Shown here: in pieces, positions 59,062 to 64,000 of the stretch
How the letters are laid out: every line of letters begins with the position of its first letter
How positions within the stretch are numbered: the stretch's first letter is position 1
Assembly: GCA_014905635.1 (NCBI GenBank)
Contig: CM026548.1
Span: forward strand, 1,178,001 to 1,242,000
Direction of reading: 5' to 3'
DNA length: 64,000 bases
From: Scenedesmus sp. PABB004
Lineage: Eukaryota
Notes under the pieces: model-generated
The model's input: the letters and a program-made list of their open reading frames with translations, nothing else
Told to the model about the DNA's origin: nothing
Database searches by the model: none
Program-made: the position numbers and the translations under genes

Positions 59062-61896
59062 TCACTCGACGGCCGACACAGACGCCGCCGCGCGCGCCGC
59101 GCCGTCGGCCAGCCGCCACGTCACCGACACGCAGCAGCCGGCGGGGCCGCCATCGCCGCCCCCCTCGCCAAGCGACTCGGTGTGGTGCGCCCAGCCGGCA
59201 GGGAAGAACAGGCAATCCCCCGGGAGCAGCACCGCCTCGAGCGCGCCCGCGCCGGCGGCGAGCGGGAAGCGCGCGGCGTCGGGGCGCGCGGCGGAGTTCA
59301 CGCGCGCGCGGCGGCGCAGCAGGTGGGGCTCCGGGTAGGGGTAGAGGCGGTGACGCTGCTCCGGGGAGAGCAGCAGCACGCGCTTCACGCCGCGCAGCTG
59401 CGCGCGCGGCGGCGCGACGGGTGGGGGGTCGGCGCCGGGGGGTCGGCAGCTGCGGGGCCGGCGTCGCGGAGCGCCATCGCCGCCCAAGGGCTCCCCCCGC
59501 GCCCCCTCCCCGCCCACCCGAACACCGCCGCCGCACCTGCAGCAGGAAGGAGTGGCTCGCGTCGTAGTGCAGCGGCGACACCGCGCCCGCGGGGCTCACC
59601 CACAGCCGCGGCGCCTGCGCAAACGCGGGCCCGCCGCCGCGGTCGGCCAGGCCCGCCAGCAGCTCGTGCAGCGGCAGCTGCTCCGACAGCAGTCCTGCCG
59701 GGAGCGCGGCCTGAAGGTAGTGGTGCTCCGCGGGCGCGGGGGGCCGCCACACCACGCGCGGCAGGCGGCAGCCCGGCTGAAGGCGGGCCACAAATTCGCG
59801 CGCCGGCATGTTCACCTCCCAGCTGGGCGCGGCGGCGGGGCCTGGGGGGTGAGCGGAGCGGGCGGGCGCGGCGCGGCGAGCGCGGCGCGGCGGGTGAGCG
59901 CGGCGGGCGAGCGCGGCGCGGCGGGCCGGCGCCGGCCGCCGCGCGCGCACCGCCAGCGATGCGTGCCAGCAGCTCCACCAGCTGCGGCTGCACAAACGGA
60001 AACTGCAGCGACGGCGCCACGCGCACGCGGCCGACGAAGCCAGGCTGCGCCGCGAGCCAGCCCAGGCCCCACCCGCCGTCGCGCGCGGCCGCCGGCCAGG
60101 CCGCCGCGACGCCGCGCAGCACGAGCGGCTGCTCGTGCGGCGCGGCGCGCAGCGCGGACAGCAGGGTGCCCAGCTCTTCGCGCAGCAGCGGGTCGGCCGC
60201 GGTCGCGGCCGCGCGCTCCGCGGCGGGTCCCATGCCGGCCGCCTCAAACAGCTGCGCAGACGGACTGCCGCCGGCGCCGGCGCCCGGGCCGGCGAGCACC
60301 GTGCGCATCGCGGCGCATGCGGCGCGCCGCTCGGCCGGCTCGGCCCAGTCGCACTCCGCCGCCGCGCCCCAGACGGCGAGCAACGCCGGCGGCGGCGCGG
60401 CGCCGAGCAGCTGCCGCGGCTCCCGCGCCGGCGCGGCGGCGCCGAGCAGGCGCTGCATGCCGCGCCGCAGCGCGTCCCAGGCCGCCGGCGCCGCCTGCTC
60501 TGCGGCCCCACCGCCGCTGCCGCCGGGAATCGGGTGCCCTGTGTGCTTGGTGAGCCAGCCGGGCTCCTCGGCGAGCATGGCCTTCAAAAAGAACGTCTCC
60601 AGCCGCGGCTGCAGCGCGTCGGCGACCGTCCACGCGCGCGCCAGCAGCGCCGCGAGCTCGTCGCCAGCCGCGCCGCGGGGGCCAGCCGCGCCAGCGTGCG
60701 CCGCCGCGCCCTGCTGCTGCCGCGCAGCCTGCAGCGCGACGTACAGCTCCAGCGCTGCATCGAGCTGCCCAGCGAGCTGCGGGAGGTGCGCGCCGGCGTG
60801 GTGCGCCGCCCAGAAGAGGTCGCGTGTCCACACGCGCGCCGACGGCTGCGCCAGCTCAAACGCGCCCCGCACCAGGCGCTTCAGCGACCAGCACGCCGCC
60901 GACACTGCGACGCGGAGGGTGGGGGGGGGGGGGGGCGGCGCCGGCGTGGCAGCGCGGCGCCGCGCGCGCGGGGCCGGCGGCGCCGCGGCCCCGGCGGCGC
61001 GCACCCTGGCGGTCGGCGTCGCCCGCGGCCGCCGCCTCGTCCGCCGCGCGCCGCGCGGCGTCCAGGTCCTCGGCCAGCGCCGGCAGCAGCATCGGCCCCG
61101 GCGGCAGCGCCGCGGCCGGTGGCAGCAGCGACGGCAGGTCGATGCCGCGCAGGGTGACCGCCTGGGTCTTTAGCATGAAGGCACAGGGCACGCCAGGCAG
61201 CAGCGCGACGCCCAGCGGCGGCAGCGCCGCGCCGCCGGGCGCGGGCGCGGGCGCGACCGAGGCGGCGGCCGCGTGCGCTGCGAGCGCGGCCGCCGCGGCG
61301 CTGCCAGGCGCGGCCTGCAGCACCGTCGCCTCGAGCTTGGTCAGCCCCAGCGCCAAGGCCTCGGCGCGCAGCGCCGCCGCGGCGCCGCCCGCCGCGGCCG
61401 CGAGCGCGGCGCGGTCGCGCGCGTCGCCAGGGCCTGGCGGCAGCGCGACCGCGACCGTGTCCGCATCGCTCACGCCGCGCAGGAAGCGGCCGAGCGGCAG
61501 CGAGCCGCGCAGGTACACGCCCACGAGCCGCCGCGGCCCCAGCGCGGCGGCGTACGCCGCCGCCATGCGGTCCAGCAGCGGCCGGAGCTCCGGCGGCACC
61601 TGCGCGCGCGGCGGTGAGGTGCTCCGCCGGCAGCGCGCAGCGCCGCAACCGGCCACGCGGCTGCCGCCGCTGCTTCTCGCCTGGCTGAGCGATGCCTCAT
61701 TGCGCACGAAGCCCGTGGCGGGGTCGAGCGGCTCCGGCGGCGGCGCGAGCGGCCGCACCGCGGGTGGCGGCGCGCGCTGCTGCTGCTGCTGCGGCCGCTG
61801 CTGCCGGCCGCTGCTGCGGCACAACACGCTGCGGGCAGTTCGACCAGGGGTCAGCGACGGTCCCCGGCAGCGACCGGGCGCTGCCGCCGCCGCCAT
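59062..61896 (-). CDS. Nucleotidyltransferase (Pol-beta superfamily)-JmjC/cupin dioxygenase fusion protein
   Basis: N-half: GVYLRGS...GVSDAD, FMLKTQAV, CWSLKRLVRGAFEL...TRDL. C-half: PLVLRG..AAWPA, HYLQ, RLWVSPAGAVSPLHYDASHSFLLQLRGVKR, RFP, LLPGDCLFFPAGWAHH. Both halves share one open exon. Confidence 0.82.
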
Positions 61897-62232
61897 CGAA
61901 CCCGAGCGGCGGCGGCGGCGGCGCCGGCGGCGCCGAGCCCTGCTGCTGCTGCTGGCGGGGCTGGGAGCACGCAGGCGGATTGCCGTGAACTGGCAGGGCT
62001 GAAGCGGCTGCGTCTTGCTTGAGCCTGCGGCGCGACGCGTCGCGCCCGTCGAGCTTCTTCTGCACGCTGCGCTCGTTCGGCGAGATGGCGGCGGCACGCG
62101 CCGGACCCACGACGAGACCCGCAGGGCCAGGACAAAGTACTCCCAGCACCACGCCGCCAGGGGCAGCCTCACCGCCGCCCCACGCTCAGGTTGACCCGCC
62201 TCGCGCTCGGCGCCACGCGGCGCGGTCCAGCC

Positions 62233-63252
62233 ATGCGCGTCGTGGTCAACTGTGCCGGCGGCGGCTCCCACTCCATGGTGCGCCGCCCTGCGCCGCGCCG
62301 CGCCGCGGCGGCCCCGCGCCGCCGCCCTGCGCCCCGCGCCGCCACCGCCACCGCCGCGCCACCGAGCTGCTGTCCGCCGAGGTTCCAAAGACCGCCGCCG
62401 CAGCTGCTGTCGGAGCGCAGCACCGTCGCCGACCTCAAGCAGCACCTGCAGCGCGTGGCGGGTGCGGCCGGGCCGGGCCAGCGCAGCGCGCGGCGCCGCG
62501 CCGCGGCTCCGCCGAGCGCGGCGCGCACACGCCGCCGCCGCCGCCAGGCGTGCCGCCGGCGCAGCAGGCGCTGCTGCTGGGCGGCCGGCGGCTCGGCCCC
62601 GACGACGCGCTGCTGCTGGGCGACCACGGCCTGGACGGGTACAGCCTGGCGCACGAGGCAAGGGCGCGCGCGCCGCGCCACGCGGGCGGGGCACGCCGGC
62701 GCCCTGCTCGCGGCGGCGCCGCCGCCGCGCGCGCGCTCACCCCGCGCGCGCCGGCGGCAGGTGGTGATCTACATGCAGCGCACGCTCGCCGCGCCGGTGC
62801 GCGTCTTCCTCGCGGCGCCGCCCGGCGCCGGCGCGGGCGGCGCCGCCGCGCGGCCGGCGGCAGAGCTGGTGGAGGCCGGCAGCAGCCTCGCCAACGTCGC
62901 CGCCCTTCTCTCCGCGCGCGGCCTCGCGCCGGCGCCCTGGCTCGCGGCCGACGCGGCACTGGCGACCGTCGCGGCGGGGCTGCCCGGGCCGCGGCCGGGG
63001 CAGCCGCCGGCGGCGGCGCCGGCTGCGGCGGCGCCGCCGCCGCCCGGCGCCATCCTGCCCGGAGGCGTGGTGGTGTGCCGCGGCGACGGCAGCTGCGTGG
63101 ACCGCGTGCGCGTTGGCGCCGCCTGCACCGTCGGCGAGCTGCTGGCCGCGGTCGAGGCCGCCGAGGGCACGCCGCCGCGGCACCTGCTGTTCCACCAGGG
63201 CGTCGGCGGCGTGCTGCGCGCGGTCGTGGGCGCCGCGAGCGACGGGGCGTGA
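62233..63252 (+). CDS. Ubiquitin-like domain protein (N-terminal UBL plus degenerate C-terminal UBL)
   Basis: STVADLKQHL../GVPPAQQALLLGGRRL..D..LLGDHGL, and a second TVGELLAAVEAAEGTP...LLF. No terminal GG. Confidence 0.7.
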   Translation: MRVVVNCAGGGSHSMVRRPAPRRAAAAPRRRPAPRAATATAAPPSCCPPRFQRPPPQLLSERSTVADLKQHLQRVAGAAGPGQRSARRRAAAPPSAARTRRRRRQACRRRSRRCCWAAGGSAPTTRCCWATTAWTGTAWRTRQGRARRATRAGHAGALLAAAPPPRARSPRARRRQVVIYMQRTLAAPVRVFLAAPPGAGAGGAAARPAAELVEAGSSLANVAALLSARGLAPAPWLAADAALATVAAGLPGPRPGQPPAAAPAAAAPPPPGAILPGGVVVCRGDGSCVDRVRVGAACTVGELLAAVEAAEGTPPRHLLFHQGVGGVLRAVVGAASDGA

Positions 63253-63564
63253 GGCGCGGCACCTCAACTTCGCGCAGCGCGAGGCGTGGCGGCGCGTCAC
63301 TTGGGGCGTAGCGCCCTGTGGCGCGAGGCAACAGTGCCAACCGCCACGTCCACGGCGGTTCACTCACTCGGGGTGCTGTCGCAGCCGCCGCCCCGCGCAC
63401 GCCGACGACCGCCCGCCAGGAAGCAGCGGCGGGCGAGCGCGCGCGTGCGCGTCAGCGGCGGCGGCCGGCACCGCCTGGGGCGCTCGGCAACGTGCGTGGC
63501 GGGTCTTTGTATTGCTGCCGGCCTGCGCGGGGCGAGCAGAGCAGAGCAGAGCAGAGCAGCAGCA

Positions 63565-64000
63565 ATGGACCACAGCGCCGCTGCGCACGCGGGGCACAGC
63601 CACGCCGGCCACAGCAACGCTGGTAGCCCTGCCACGAGCCTCAGCGAACTGACGCACCCGCCACACGGCAGCTTCGAGGGCCACCTGGTCCCGGGTGCGC
63701 AGCGCGGCGCCGCTGCTCGCGGCGCCAGCTTCGCAGCGGCCCACGCGGTTGCCCGCCCCCGCCGCCCGCGCAGGCGTCATGTTCATCGCGCTGGCCGCCT
63801 GGTGGACGTGGAGCGTGCTCGACAGCCACCTGCGCGCCGCCGCGCCGCCGCGCCATGCCGAGTACGCCGCGCTGCCGCCGGCCCCGGGCGCCGGCGGCGG
63901 CAAGCGCGGGGGCGCGGCCGCGCCGCCGCCGCCGCGCGGGCGCCGCCGCGGGCGCCACGACGTGCGGGGGCAGCCGTTCGTCAGCCGCACGTGGTGGCCG
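63565..64000 (+). CDS. TMEM45/DUF716-like membrane protein (5' part, runs off window)
   Basis: His-rich N-terminus, then GSFEGHLVP/GVMFIALAAWW and FVSRTWWP. Confidence 0.75.
   Translation, partial: MDHSAAAHAGHSHAGHSNAGSPATSLSELTHPPHGSFEGHLVPGAQRGAAARGASFAAAHAVARPRRPRRRHVHRAGRLVDVERARQPPARRRAAAPCRVRRAAAGPGRRRRQARGRGRAAAAARAPPRAPRRAGAAVRQPHVVA

Noticed and set aside
1..64000. Hundreds of long overlapping Arg/Ala/Gly/Pro-rich ORFs in the six-frame track (e.g. 31931-34873, 980 aa)
   Set aside because: Expected from stop-codon scarcity at very high GC; they run through introns and antisense strands of real genes.

Overview
Gene-dense eukaryotic nuclear DNA with extremely high GC and many short GT-AG and GC-AG introns. 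It is most consistent with a chlorophyte green alga (starch PWD gene, CHASE kinase, chlorophyte-style introns); this assignment is inference. Most long ORFs in the supplied track are GC-driven artefacts, so I assembled the real genes exon by exon by eye. About 25 protein genes are supported: a repeat-exon secreted protein, FAAH-type amidase, LEO1, Mn-CDF/MTP, MAPEG, CHASE-TKL receptor kinase, TRAP-beta, LCM-type methyltransferase, UEV-VPS37, SGNH hydrolase, 8-Cys nsLTP-like protein, RluA pseudouridine synthase, J-domain protein, PWD, EI24/RRT8-like, a 4-TM protein, RING-PHD (PHRF1-like), PLD6/Zucchini-like, a Cys-rich EF-hand secreted protein, a nucleotidyltransferase-JmjC fusion, a UBL protein and a TMEM45-like protein. 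Structural highlights: (1) a complete 3394-bp CACTA/EnSpm element with 37-bp TIRs, TCT target duplication, an intact 4-exon ORF and a probable transposase remnant, inserted 21 bp upstream of a host ATG; (2) ~620-bp inverted repeats around the RING-PHD and PLD6 genes that look like the footprint of a staggered-break inversion; (3) a nucleotidyltransferase-JmjC fusion; (4) frequent GC-AG introns. I saw no rRNA, tRNA or CRISPR. Gene ends and splice sites are manual calls; no database search was run.
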